In this document: piece after piece, positions 18,012 through 28,075 of the stretch
How positions within the stretch are numbered: the stretch's first letter is position 1
How the letters are laid out: each line of letters opens with the position of its first letter
Translations under genes and position numbers: made by a program
Notes under the pieces: generated by a model
The model's database searches: none
Seen by the model: only the letters and a program-made list of their open reading frames with translations
What the model was told of the DNA's origin: nothing
Source of the DNA: an uncultured bacterium
Lineage (GTDB): Bacteria; Actinomycetota; Acidimicrobiia; Spongiisociales; UBA5794
DNA: 64,000 nucleotides
Assembly (NCBI GenBank): GCA_963801165.1
Contig: CAWDDT010000004.1
Span: forward strand, 288,001-352,000
Direction: 5' to 3'

Positions 18012-21000
18012 ATGTGGATGGGTGCGAACCGCCGCACGGCAATCATCGGCGGGGGTGTGGCGGTCATCCTGGCCGTGATTCTGGGTGCCGTTGTGATCAC
18101 ATCGGGGGACGATACCGACCCGCCGGACACGACCGCTCACACAGGTACCACGCAGGGGAGCGCGAATGCCGCTCTCACGCTCGCCCGCCCGAACGAGCCG
18201 CTGACGGTGACGTTGAGCGCCGGGACGGCTCAGAATCTCGTCGCTCCGCAGCCGATCACGGTGCTGGAAGGTGATCCGCTCGATGACGCCACGGTGGCCG
18301 CCATTCTCGAGCGGCTACCCGAGTGGCTCCAGCCCGTCGGCGACCGCCAGGACTTCAACCGGCCGGCCCAGACCCTGAAGCCGCCATTGGTGGGCGAAAC
18401 GGTCGATGTTCCGTTCCCGGTCGACACCGTCGAACCGGTGCCGGCCGTTCCCGACGGTCCGCTCGAGGTGCTCCGCTTCCAACCCGACGGTGCGGTCGAC
18501 GTCGCGCCGTTCCTCAGCGTCACGTTCAACCAGCCGATGGTGCCGCTTGCGACCGTGTCACAGCTCGACGCCGCCGACGTTCCCGTCACCATCACCCCCG
18601 AGCTACCCGGCCGCTGGCAGTGGATCGGCACCCGAACCCTCCGGTTCGAGCACGATCCGACTCTGTTCGACCGGCTGCCCATGGCCACCGACTACCGGGT
18701 CGAGATCCCCGCTGGCACCGTCTCCGAGACCGGCGGTGCGTTGGCCGGCACCGTGACCTGGGACTTCAGCACGCCATCGGTCCAGGTCGAGTCCTTCCAG
18801 CCGCAAGACGAGTCCCTTCCGCTCGAGCCCGTGTTCCTGGTGACCTTCAACCAGCGCATCGACCCGGCCGCTGTTCTGGAGACGATCACATTGACCGCAG
18901 GCGGGGTGCCACAGCCGCTGCGTCTGGCGACCGAGACGGAGATCGCCGCCGATGAGCAGATCGGGCAGCAAGTCGGAAGCTTGCTGGACGGTCGCTGGCT
19001 GGCGTTCCGCGCTGTCGATGCCTTTGCCCCGGACACGCAGCTGACAATCCAGGTCGGCCCCGGCGTCCCCTCTGCCGAGGGCCCGCGGGTGGCTACCGAC
19101 AGCTCGCGGTTCACCGCCCGCACATTTGCGCCGCTGCACATCAACGATTGGTCGTGCCGCAACGCCTATCCGTGTGAGCCCGGCTGGGACGAGCTCTGGA
19201 TCGGCCTCAACAACCAACTCGACACCGATGCGTTTGACCCTTCGATGGTGACCGTTGAACCCGACCTGCCCGGGATGACCGTCCAGGCTCAGTACGACTC
19301 GATCACCATCCGCGGCGCCACCGTCGGTAACACGACGTACACGGCAACCCTTTCCACCAACCTGAAGGACGTCTATGGCCAGACCCTCGAGGACGACGCC
19401 AGCGTCGACTTCATCATCGGTGACGCCCGGCCCCGGCTCGACCAGTTCGAGGATCAGCTGATCACACTCGATCCGCTGGCGCCCAAGCCATCGCTGGCGG
19501 TCACGACCGTGAACCATGAGGAGTTACGGGTCCGGCTGTTCAAGGTCGATGTCGACGATTGGGCATCGTATGTGGGGTACTGGGACCGGCGTTGGGACTC
19601 CGAGAAGCCACCGCCCTTGCCCGACTGGACCGAAGTGGTCGATACCAAGGTCGATACCAACGCCGAGCCGAACCAGTTGACGGAGACCACTATCGATCTC
19701 AGCGGCGCGTTGAACGGCGGGACGGGGCACGTGATCGTCCTTGTCGAGCCGACCGGGCCCCTGGCCGATTTGTCTCCGAACAACGACGACTACTGGAGCA
19801 ATCGCCCGACGCTGGTGTGGGCTCAGGCAACGCAGATCGGCGCCGACATTTTCAATGACGGCGATGAGTCGCTGGTGTGGGCCACCGATCTCCGCACCGG
19901 TGAGCCGCTGGCAGGTGTCGAAGCCGAGTTTGTCGGCACGGCAACGACCGTTACCACCAACAGCGACGGGCTCGCCCGCACGACGACGCCGGCTGGATCC
20001 TCTTACGAGCATCCCGTCGTTGCCCGTCTCGGCAACGACAGCGCGATCGTCGAGTCTGGCTGGCAGCAGTGGTCGCGGACCGACGAGTCCCTCTGGTACG
20101 TCTTCGACGACCGCCAGATGTACCGACCCGGCGAGACCGCTCGAATCAAGGGCTGGGTGCGCCGTCTGACGACGAGCGACGACGCCCAACTGGCGGCCGT
20201 CACCCCGGGCGCCAAGATCACCTACCAGGCGACCGACTGGTACGGCAATGAGATCGCGACGGGAACTGCCGAAGTCAACGTGCTCGGCGGTTTCGATTTC
20301 GACATAGACATCCCCGCCGGCGCCAACCTCGGCCAAGCCTCGATCAACTTGACCGGCGCGGGAGGCAGCTACAGCCAAACGATCCAGATCCAGGAGTTCC
20401 GCACACCCGAATTCGAGGTCACAACTAGGCCTGAGTCGGCGGGCCCGTACATCGTCGGCGACCCGGCCACCGTTGCCGTCCAGGCCGACTACTACTCCGG
20501 TGGCCCGCTCCCCGATGCTGAAGTCGAGTGGACAGTTACCACCCGTCAGGCGACATACTCGCCCCCCAACTGGGACGACTACACGTTTGGGATCTGGATC
20601 CCGTGGTGGTACGACACCTTCGGGTCCGGGGGCGACGTGTTCTACGAGAGCGATGTGTTCTTCGGTGAGCCCGGGCCGGCATTCGACGCGGGCACCGTCG
20701 AGACGTTCTCCGGCAGAACCGATGCCAACGGCACTCACTACTTGCACATGGACTTCGCCGGCGATGGTGAGGGTCTACCTACAACGGTCTCGGCACAGGC
20801 GACCGTGTTCGATGTGAATCGCCAGGCCTGGTCCGACGGTACCGACGTGCTCGTCCACCCTGCTGAGCTGTACGTCGGCCTGCGCAGCGACCGCACCTAT
20901 GTCGAGAGCGGCGAGCCCATCGTCATCGACGCGATTGTCACCGACATCGACGGCAACGCCGTCGCCGATCGGCCCGTCGCCATGGAGGCCGGCCGGCTCG

Positions 21001-24000
21001 AATGGCGTTTGGTCGATGGCCAGTGGGACGAGGTCCCGGTGGAAATCGAACCGTGCACGGTCACCTCATCCGACCAGCCTGTCGATTGCGAGTTCTCCAC
21101 CGACATCGGCGGCACGTATCAGATCGTGGCAACGGTGACCGATGGCGCCGGGCGTTCCAGCAGGACCGAGTTGACGCGGTGGGTGAGCGGCGGGAAGCAG
21201 CGCCCCGAGCGCAATGTGACCCAGGAGGAAGTCACGTTGATCCCGGACAAGCAGGAGTACGCCCCCGGTGACCAAGCAGAGATCCTGGTCACCGCACCGT
21301 TCAGCCCCGCCCATGGCCTCCTGACCATCAGCCGCGGCGGTTTTGTGTCCACCGAGACCTTCACAATCGAAGATGGCAGCACTGTGCTGTCCATTCCCAT
21401 CGAGGACGACTACATCCCCAACGTGCACATCCAGGTCGATCTGGTGGGAGCTACCGGGCGCACCGACGACAACGGAGATCCCTTGCCGGATGCACCCGAC
21501 CGGCCCGCGTTCGCCGTTGGCAGCCTCGACCTCCAGATCCCGCCGTACAGCCGGACCCTCACCGTCGTTGCCGATCCGGCCGAGCCAACCACCGAACCCG
21601 GCAGCACCACGAGTATCGATGTCGCGGTGGCCGACGCAGTAGGCGCGCCGGTGGCCGGCGCCGAGCTGGCGGTGGTCGTGGTCGATGAGGCCGTGCTCGC
21701 CCTCAGCGACTACCAGTTGCCCGATCCGCTCGACATCTTCTACCGACCCATCGGCTCTGATATCTCGACCCGGTACTTGCGGTCCACCATCGAGCTGGCT
21801 AACCCGGACCTGCTGGCGCCCGGCAAGTCGGACTCGGCCACATCGACCACGGCGGCTGCCGAGACCACAGTGCCCGCCTCGGGTGGCGACGGGGGTTTCG
21901 CCCCGGTCACCGAGGCACTGGCCGATGGCAGCGACGCCCGGCTCGGCGCGTACAACGCCGACCTTGGGGGCTCGGCCGGAGCCGATGCCATCGACGTACG
22001 AACCAACTTCGATGCGCTTGCGCTCTTCGCCCCCGATGTCAGGACGGGAGCCGACGGCACGGCAACCGTCGAGCTGACCCTGCCCGACAGCCTTACCCGC
22101 TACCGGGTGATGGTGGTGGCGGTCGCCGGTGTCGACCAGTTCGGCTCCACCGAGTCCAACATCACGGCACGGCTGCCGCTGATGGCCAGGCCGTCTGCGC
22201 CCCGCTTCCTCAACTTCGGTGATCAGTTCGAGCTGCCAGTGGTCATCCAGAACCAGACAGACCAGGACCTCGAGGTCGATGCGGTGATCCAGACCACCAA
22301 CCTGACCTTGACCGCTGGAGCCGGGCGACGGGTAACCGTGCCGGCCAACGATCGGGTGGAGATCCGCTTCCCCGCCACGACCGACGACGTCGGCACCGCC
22401 CGCTTCCGTGTCGCCGCCGTTAGCGGCGATTACACCGACGCCGCCACGGTCTCGTTGCCCGTTTACACACCGGCCACAACCGAAGCCTTCGCCACCTACG
22501 GGGTGGTCGACGACGGCGTCATCGCCCAAACAGTGCTGGCACCCGAGGGCGTGTTTCCCCAGTTCGGCGGGCTCGAGGTGAACACCTCGTCGACCGCACT
22601 CCAAGCGCTCACCGACGCCGTCATCTACCTGAACGACTATCGGTACGAGAGCGCCGACGCTCTGGCTTCACGGATCCTGGCCATAGCCGCGCTTCGCGAT
22701 GTGCTCGAGGCGTTCCAGGCGGATGGTCTTCCCCCGGCGGCGGAGCTAGATGCTCGCGTCGCCGCCGACATCGACGATCTGCTCGGCCTCCAGACCGACC
22801 TGGGTGGCTTTGCGGTCTGGCAGCGGACCAACGAGACCAACCCCTATGACAGCATCCAGGCAACCCACGCCCTGGTGGAGGCCAAAGCCAACGGGTACGC
22901 AGTGCGGGCCGACCGTCTCGAACGAGCGCTGGGCTATCTGGCCAACATCGAGGAGTTCTATCCGTCCGACTACAGCCAGCAACTGCGGGACACGCTGAGC
23001 GCCTATGCCCTCTACGTCCGCAACCTGGCCGGTGACCGTGATGCGGCCAAAGCCGCCGAGCTATACCGTCGTGGCGGCGACGACCTCGGTCTCGACGCCG
23101 TCGCCTGGCTGTGGCCGGTGCTCGACGACCCGGCCGCCGACGCCGAGATCGAGCGGCTCTTCAACAACCGGGTCACCGAGACCGCCGGTGCGGCTACCTT
23201 CACCACCGACTACGGCGAGGACGCCTACCTGATGCTGTACTCGGACCTCCGCACGGACGGGATCATCCTGGATGCCTTGATCTCGGAGGCGCCGGACAGC
23301 GACCTGATCCCCAAGGTCGTCGCCGGGCTTCTCGGCAACCAGACCCGGGGGCGGTGGGACAACGTTCAGGAGAACTCGTTCATCCTGCTGGCGCTCAACA
23401 ACTACTTTGACACCTTCGAGACGGCCACCCCCGATTTCGTGGCGCGGATCTGGCTCGGCGATCTGTACGCCGCCGAGCACGAGTTTGCCGGCCGTTCCAC
23501 CGATCGCGACGAGACTCTGGTGCCGATGGCCGACCTGATCGACCAGGCGGCGGCGGGCGAAACGAGTCTGGTCATCAGCAAGGAAGGGGAAGGGCGTCTT
23601 TACTACCGGCTCGGTATCCGCTACGCCCCTGAGGACCTCGACCTCGATCCGCTCGACCGGGGCTTCGTGGTCCAGCGCACCTACGAAGCCGTCGACGATC
23701 CTGCCGACGTGACCCGCGACGCCGACGGGACGTGGCACATCAAGCCAGGTGCCGAGGTGCGGGTGCGGCTGACGATGGTGGCCGATAGCCGGAGAACGCA
23801 CGTGGCGCTGGTCGATCCGATGCCGGCCGGCTTCGAGTCTCTCAACCCGACGCTCGCGGTGACCGCCCCGATCCCGCCGGATGAGGAGTCGGGCGACCGA
23901 ACCTTCTGGTGGTGGCAGTGGTTCGAGCACCAGAACCTGCGCGACGACCGGGCCGAGGCATTCACCTCGCTGCTGAGCGCCGGCACCTACGAATACAGCT

Positions 24001-24122
24001 ACGTCGCCCGGGCCACAACACCCGGCACCTTCATCGTGCCCCCGACGAAGGCCGAAGAGATCTACGCACCGGAGACGTTCGGCCGGTCGGCCTCCGACGT
24101 GGTGATCGTCGAATCCAACTGA
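18012..24122 (+). CDS. bacterial alpha-2-macroglobulin-family protein with N-terminal Ig-like repeats
   Basis: N-terminal TM, VTFNQP(M) Ig repeats, DRQMYRPGE, VVDEAVL, LPDSLTRYRV, PRFLNFGD, YVARATTPGTFIVPP..AEEIYAPE. Confidence 0.92.
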   Translation: MWMGANRRTAIIGGGVAVILAVILGAVVITSGDDTDPPDTTAHTGTTQGSANAALTLARPNEPLTVTLSAGTAQNLVAPQPITVLEGDPLDDATVAAILERLPEWLQPVGDRQDFNRPAQTLKPPLVGETVDVPFPVDTVEPVPAVPDGPLEVLRFQPDGAVDVAPFLSVTFNQPMVPLATVSQLDAADVPVTITPELPGRWQWIGTRTLRFEHDPTLFDRLPMATDYRVEIPAGTVSETGGALAGTVTWDFSTPSVQVESFQPQDESLPLEPVFLVTFNQRIDPAAVLETITLTAGGVPQPLRLATETEIAADEQIGQQVGSLLDGRWLAFRAVDAFAPDTQLTIQVGPGVPSAEGPRVATDSSRFTARTFAPLHINDWSCRNAYPCEPGWDELWIGLNNQLDTDAFDPSMVTVEPDLPGMTVQAQYDSITIRGATVGNTTYTATLSTNLKDVYGQTLEDDASVDFIIGDARPRLDQFEDQLITLDPLAPKPSLAVTTVNHEELRVRLFKVDVDDWASYVGYWDRRWDSEKPPPLPDWTEVVDTKVDTNAEPNQLTETTIDLSGALNGGTGHVIVLVEPTGPLADLSPNNDDYWSNRPTLVWAQATQIGADIFNDGDESLVWATDLRTGEPLAGVEAEFVGTATTVTTNSDGLARTTTPAGSSYEHPVVARLGNDSAIVESGWQQWSRTDESLWYVFDDRQMYRPGETARIKGWVRRLTTSDDAQLAAVTPGAKITYQATDWYGNEIATGTAEVNVLGGFDFDIDIPAGANLGQASINLTGAGGSYSQTIQIQEFRTPEFEVTTRPESAGPYIVGDPATVAVQADYYSGGPLPDAEVEWTVTTRQATYSPPNWDDYTFGIWIPWWYDTFGSGGDVFYESDVFFGEPGPAFDAGTVETFSGRTDANGTHYLHMDFAGDGEGLPTTVSAQATVFDVNRQAWSDGTDVLVHPAELYVGLRSDRTYVESGEPIVIDAIVTDIDGNAVADRPVAMEAGRLEWRLVDGQWDEVPVEIEPCTVTSSDQPVDCEFSTDIGGTYQIVATVTDGAGRSSRTELTRWVSGGKQRPERNVTQEEVTLIPDKQEYAPGDQAEILVTAPFSPAHGLLTISRGGFVSTETFTIEDGSTVLSIPIEDDYIPNVHIQVDLVGATGRTDDNGDPLPDAPDRPAFAVGSLDLQIPPYSRTLTVVADPAEPTTEPGSTTSIDVAVADAVGAPVAGAELAVVVVDEAVLALSDYQLPDPLDIFYRPIGSDISTRYLRSTIELANPDLLAPGKSDSATSTTAAAETTVPASGGDGGFAPVTEALADGSDARLGAYNADLGGSAGADAIDVRTNFDALALFAPDVRTGADGTATVELTLPDSLTRYRVMVVAVAGVDQFGSTESNITARLPLMARPSAPRFLNFGDQFELPVVIQNQTDQDLEVDAVIQTTNLTLTAGAGRRVTVPANDRVEIRFPATTDDVGTARFRVAAVSGDYTDAATVSLPVYTPATTEAFATYGVVDDGVIAQTVLAPEGVFPQFGGLEVNTSSTALQALTDAVIYLNDYRYESADALASRILAIAALRDVLEAFQADGLPPAAELDARVAADIDDLLGLQTDLGGFAVWQRTNETNPYDSIQATHALVEAKANGYAVRADRLERALGYLANIEEFYPSDYSQQLRDTLSAYALYVRNLAGDRDAAKAAELYRRGGDDLGLDAVAWLWPVLDDPAADAEIERLFNNRVTETAGAATFTTDYGEDAYLMLYSDLRTDGIILDALISEAPDSDLIPKVVAGLLGNQTRGRWDNVQENSFILLALNNYFDTFETATPDFVARIWLGDLYAAEHEFAGRSTDRDETLVPMADLIDQAAAGETSLVISKEGEGRLYYRLGIRYAPEDLDLDPLDRGFVVQRTYEAVDDPADVTRDADGTWHIKPGAEVRVRLTMVADSRRTHVALVDPMPAGFESLNPTLAVTAPIPPDEESGDRTFWWWQWFEHQNLRDDRAEAFTSLLSAGTYEYSYVARATTPGTFIVPPTKAEEIYAPETFGRSASDVVIVESN

Positions 24123-24162
24123 CGTGACGCGGCACGGGTTGACGTGACGCGGCACGGGTTGA
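24120..24162. repeat. 20-bp tandem duplication
   Basis: TGACGTGACGCGGCACGGGT x2 plus TGA, starting at the macroglobulin stop codon. Confidence 0.9.
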
Positions 24163-24210
24163 GGCGGTGGACGATAGGGAGCGACTTCGCCCCGGTGCGT
24201 TGACCGGTTC

Positions 24211-24669
24211 TCAGCCCGCTCCGACCGCTTCGAGGGCTGCGATGTCGAGCTTGGCCATCTGCAACATCGCCTGGACTGCGCCGGGGGCAGCCAGCAGCTC
24301 GGAGATATTGGCGGGGATGATCTGCCACGAGACGCCGAACTTGTCGACCAGCCACCCACATTGGGATTCATGACCGCCGCCGGCGATGAGAGCATCCCAC
24401 AGCCGGTCGATCTCGGCCTGATCGGCGCACTCGACCACCAGTGAGATCGCCTCGTTGAAGGTGTGGTGTGGTCCGCCGTTCAACGCGGTGAAGCTCGCTC
24501 CCTTCAGCGTGAACGACACGGTCATCACGGAGCCCGCCTCCAGGCCGGGCACGCCCTCGGAGGAGTGGCCGATCCCGGTGATCTCGGAGTCGGGGAACAA
24601 GGACGTGTAGAGCTTGGCGGCTTCCTCGGCCCGGTTGTCGAACCAGAGCATGGGGTATGGCGTGTTCAC
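24211..24669 (-). CDS. VOC / PhnB-like protein
   Basis: LWFDNRAEEAA, ALNGGP, FNEAIS, CGWLVDKFGVSWQI. Confidence 0.9.
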   Translation of the reverse strand: MNTPYPMLWFDNRAEEAAKLYTSLFPDSEITGIGHSSEGVPGLEAGSVMTVSFTLKGASFTALNGGPHHTFNEAISLVVECADQAEIDRLWDALIAGGGHESQCGWLVDKFGVSWQIIPANISELLAAPGAVQAMLQMAKLDIAALEAVGAG

Positions 24670-25151
24670 AGGGTCTTCTCCTTTAGTGTCTCGGCGAGGT
24701 TGTCGAGCTGCTGTTTCCAACCGGCGACCGACATCTCGGTCCAGTGGTCGTCGTGCATAGCGTCGAGGATGAGGGTGAGGCGGGTGCCGGCTCCGTGCGG
24801 CTCCAGCTCGAGCCGGGTGCCAACGTTGTACGTCTCGACACCGGGGACGAAATCGACGGCGTTCCGGTATGAGAGACGTCGGTAGGGCACCACCTCGGTG
24901 AAGTGCATGTCGTGGGTGGTTGTCGTCGGCATGCCTTGTGCCTCCATGAATGCCTTCATCTCCGCCGCCTCTGCGATCATCGAGTAGGTCATCTTCCCGC
25001 CGGGGCGCACGTCGAGATCGTGGACCTCGACCCCGAACCCCTCCGGTCCCCACCATGACTCGATGCCGTCGGCGGTCGTCCACAGCTCCCACACCTCGGC
25101 CGGGCTGGCGTCGTAGGTGCGCTCGATTCTCGCGGTGCGCCGCTCGCTCAT
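24666..25151 (-). CDS. SRPBCC/AHSA1 domain protein
   Basis: ERTYDASPAEVWELWT, WWGPEGF, DVRPGG, GWKQQLDNL. Confidence 0.9.
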   Translation of the reverse strand: MSERRTARIERTYDASPAEVWELWTTADGIESWWGPEGFGVEVHDLDVRPGGKMTYSMIAEAAEMKAFMEAQGMPTTTTHDMHFTEVVPYRRLSYRNAVDFVPGVETYNVGTRLELEPHGAGTRLTLILDAMHDDHWTEMSVAGWKQQLDNLAETLKEKTL

Positions 25152-25483
25152 GCCGTCTCCGTTCTTTGTCGTGTCTGCTGGCGCTGCCCCAGCTCTTTTC
25201 CCATCCGGTCGAGGCGGTCCTCCCACAGACGGCGGTAGTCGTCGATCCACCGATCGATTGCCTGGAACGGCTCGGGACGGAGCGAGTAGAGCCGCCGCTG
25301 CCCGTCGGCCCGAACCTGGACGAATCCGGCTTCGCCGAGGATGCGGAGGTGTCGGGAGACACCGCTCTGGGCGATGTCGACCTTGTCGACGAGATCCCCC
25401 ACTGCCTGTTCTCCGGATCGCAGCTCGTCGACGATCCGGCGGCGGGTCGGGTCTCCGAGTACCTCGAACAATTCAGAATCCAT
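25148..25483 (-). CDS. ArsR/SmtB regulator
   Basis: LGDPTRRRI, QSGVSRHLRIL, GQRRLYSLRPE. Confidence 0.92.
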   Translation of the reverse strand: MDSELFEVLGDPTRRRIVDELRSGEQAVGDLVDKVDIAQSGVSRHLRILGEAGFVQVRADGQRRLYSLRPEPFQAIDRWIDDYRRLWEDRLDRMGKELGQRQQTRQRTETA

Positions 25484-25687
25484 AGCTATGTATATACACG
25501 ATCATAGATAGAGATGTCAAGGGTTTCCTATTCAGATTTGTGATCGACCAGCCATTGCCCTGAGTCCTGCACCAGCAGCGTGTCGCACGCTCCCAGCCCG
25601 ATGAATGTCCTCGACGGTGACTCCCAGCTGGTTGGCCCATATGCGTGTGAAGCGCATACGATGCGGGCAGGCAACCAGGGAGAGGTA

Positions 25688-26200
25688 GTGGAGACGAGAG
25701 ACATCCTCGTTGATGCGTACGGTCGGATCCTCGAAGGGGTGCGCCGAGTCACCCACGGTCTCGACGAGGCGGCGTTGACCTACCGGCCGGATGCAAACGC
25801 CAACTCGATCGGGTGGCTGGTGTGGCACGTCCTGCGGGTGCAGGACCACCACGTTTCCGATGTTGCCCAAAGGGGCCAGGCGTGGATCGACGAGGGGTGG
25901 TCGGAGCGTTTCGGCATGGCGGCCGAACCCAACAACGTCGGTTACGGGCACACCACCGACCAGGTTGCCAGGGTGCGCATCTCGGACCCGCAGATCCTTT
26001 GCGACTATGCCGACGTGGTGCACGCCAGGACGCTCGAATACATCGACACCGCCGATGCCGCAGAGCTGAGCCGCATTGTCGACACCCGCTGGGATCCCCC
26101 GGTGACCGCAGGGGTGCGTCTGGTGAGCGTCATCGGCGACGACATGCAACACCTCGGCCAGGCTGCCTATGTGCGGGGCCTCTACGAGCGGCTGGGCTGA
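25688..26200 (+). CDS. DinB-like / mycothiol transferase family
   Basis: NSIGWLVWH, WDPPVTAGVRLVS, QHLGQAAY. Confidence 0.85.
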   Translation: METRDILVDAYGRILEGVRRVTHGLDEAALTYRPDANANSIGWLVWHVLRVQDHHVSDVAQRGQAWIDEGWSERFGMAAEPNNVGYGHTTDQVARVRISDPQILCDYADVVHARTLEYIDTADAAELSRIVDTRWDPPVTAGVRLVSVIGDDMQHLGQAAYVRGLYERLG

Positions 26201-26206
26201 GGCGGT

Positions 26207-26983
26207 CTACAAATCCCGCTTGCGCAGCAGGATGGCGGCGGCGACCGCGGCGGCGATGCCGGCGACGGTGGCGCCCGACCACCACGGGTTCGGTCGGGGC
26301 ATCCGGGTGCGCAGCGACACCTGACGCTCGAACTCGAGCATCGGCCAGTCGCGCTCCTCAGCCAGCTTGCGCAGCTCTTTGTCGGGGTTGACGGCCACCG
26401 GGTTGCCCACCAGCTCCATCATGGGAATGTCGGTGGCGCTGTCGGAGTAGGCATACGACTTGTCGAGGTCGATATTCTCTCTGGCGGCCAGCTCCTTGAT
26501 GGCCTTGACCTTGCCCTCGCCCATCGCATACAGCTCGATCTCCGGGAGGAAGAACCCGGCCGCATCGGTCTTGACCCGGGTTGCGATGAAGTCGGTGACC
26601 CCGATGTGCCGCCCCAACGGTCGTACGATCTGCTCGGGGCTGGCCGATACGATCACGACCTTGCGACCTTCGCGTTTGTGCTGGTCGATGAGTGTCAGCG
26701 CCTCGGCGTAAACGATCGGGTCGGCGACCTCCTCGAGCGTCTCTTCGACGAGCTGCTCGATTTCGGCCCGGTGCCATCCTGAGGTGAGGACCAGCAACTG
26801 GTCGCGGGCTCGCTCCAACTGATCCTCATCTGCGCCAAAGAGCACGTAGAAGAGCTGGGCAAAGCCCATCTTCATCAGCGCCCGTTTGCCCACGAACCCG
26901 GCCTTGTAGAACGGTTTGCCAAAGGCGAGTGTCGAGGACTTGGCGATGACGGTTTTGTCGAGGTCGAAGAATGCTGCCTCCAT
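26207..26983 (-). CDS. HAD-IB family hydrolase (Rv3661-like)
   Basis: AAFFDLDKTVIAKSS, AYSDSATD, VNPD; typical neighbour of actinobacterial Tad loci. Confidence 0.92.
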   Translation of the reverse strand: MEAAFFDLDKTVIAKSSTLAFGKPFYKAGFVGKRALMKMGFAQLFYVLFGADEDQLERARDQLLVLTSGWHRAEIEQLVEETLEEVADPIVYAEALTLIDQHKREGRKVVIVSASPEQIVRPLGRHIGVTDFIATRVKTDAAGFFLPEIELYAMGEGKVKAIKELAARENIDLDKSYAYSDSATDIPMMELVGNPVAVNPDKELRKLAEERDWPMLEFERQVSLRTRMPRPNPWWSGATVAGIAAAVAAAILLRKRDL

Positions 26984-27077
26984 ACCCAGATACTACGGCC
27001 GGTCGGTGGTAACGATTGAGCACTGTCTCGCCGGAACGCTCAGGAGTATTGTGGAAGAACCCGACGAAAGAGTAGCA

Positions 27078-27427
27078 ATGGAGGTATCCGGACGGGAGCT
27101 GGTGGATCGGTTTGGCAAGCTGATGGCCGATGGTGACGTGGAGTCTCTCGCCTACTTGTATGCCCCCGACGCCAAGGTGGTTCGTTTCCAAGGCATGGCC
27201 TCGGGACGCGACGAAATCAAGCAGTTGCTGGCCGCTTCCGCGAGGGGCACGGGCGCTACGACGTCGTGTCGATCGACCAGTTTCAGCACGTAGGCGACGT
27301 TCTCATGTGGGACGCAACGGTGGAAACCAGGCTCGGACCTCTGCAGACGACACACGTTGTCTTCCTCAACGACGAAGGGCTGATCCTCCGCCATGTCCCG
27401 GGTATCCGGGGCTACTGGGGGATGTAG
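27078..27427 (+). CDS. SnoaL/NTF2-like protein, -1 frameshift near 27240
   Basis: DGDVESLAYLYAPDA..GRDEI; C-terminus GRYDVVSIDQFQHVGDVLMWDATVET...GYWGM* is in another frame. Confidence 0.7.
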
Positions 27428-27529
27428 CTTCCAGCCATCGTCGTCAGCAGAACGACCCTCTTGTATCGGGTGCTGATCGCGCGTACGTTCGGTGGTGCTT
27501 CCCCCGCGTTTCGAGAAGAAGGGGAAGCG

Positions 27530-28075
27530 ATGACGACGCTGGCGATCAGCTGTGTCACCGAAGGTGTTGTGGGCATCGTCGCTCCGCTGGCGTTGGCGGC
27601 GGCGGCGGGGACGGCGCTCGTTGTCGATCTCGATCCGCTTGGTCCGGCGTATCCCGGGTCGGGGTCGCTGGCGGAGTTGGTGGAGCAGGGTCCCCGGCTC
27701 GACGATCTTCGGCCACCACGCAAAGGTATTGCGGTGTTGCGCAACGGCGGCGTCGATGCTGCCGCTGCTCGTGAAGTGCTCGCCGCGTTGGGAAAGGGCT
27801 GGCCGCGGCTCGTTCTCCGTCTGCCCCCGGCAGCCGATCTCGGCGACGGCCCGGCGATTCCGGTGGTGCCGCTGCTCCCAGGCGGGATGACCCCTCCCTG
27901 TGACCGGCCGGCCGTCTACCAGCAGGTTGGCTGGCACGTGAAGCCACCAGGGCCGGGCATCACGATGATTACCCCGGCCCGGGCCACCGTCACCGCGCTG
28001 CTCGAGGGAAGGCTCCCAGGGCGGAGCCGGTGGCTGCGTTCCTGGGCACAAGTGTGGGAGATGTCATGGGTGTAG
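27530..28075 (+). CDS. degenerate Ssd/CpaE(TadZ)-like protein
   Basis: ALVVDLDPLG MinD-like strand; sits immediately before the TadA ATPase; no Walker A. Confidence 0.55.
   Translation: MTTLAISCVTEGVVGIVAPLALAAAAGTALVVDLDPLGPAYPGSGSLAELVEQGPRLDDLRPPRKGIAVLRNGGVDAAAAREVLAALGKGWPRLVLRLPPAADLGDGPAIPVVPLLPGGMTPPCDRPAVYQQVGWHVKPPGPGITMITPARATVTALLEGRLPGRSRWLRSWAQVWEMSWV

Noticed and set aside
24211-25362. 383-aa ORF suggesting a long VOC fusion
   Set aside because: The upstream part overlaps the SRPBCC and ArsR genes in other frames. The VOC domain starts at GTG 24669.
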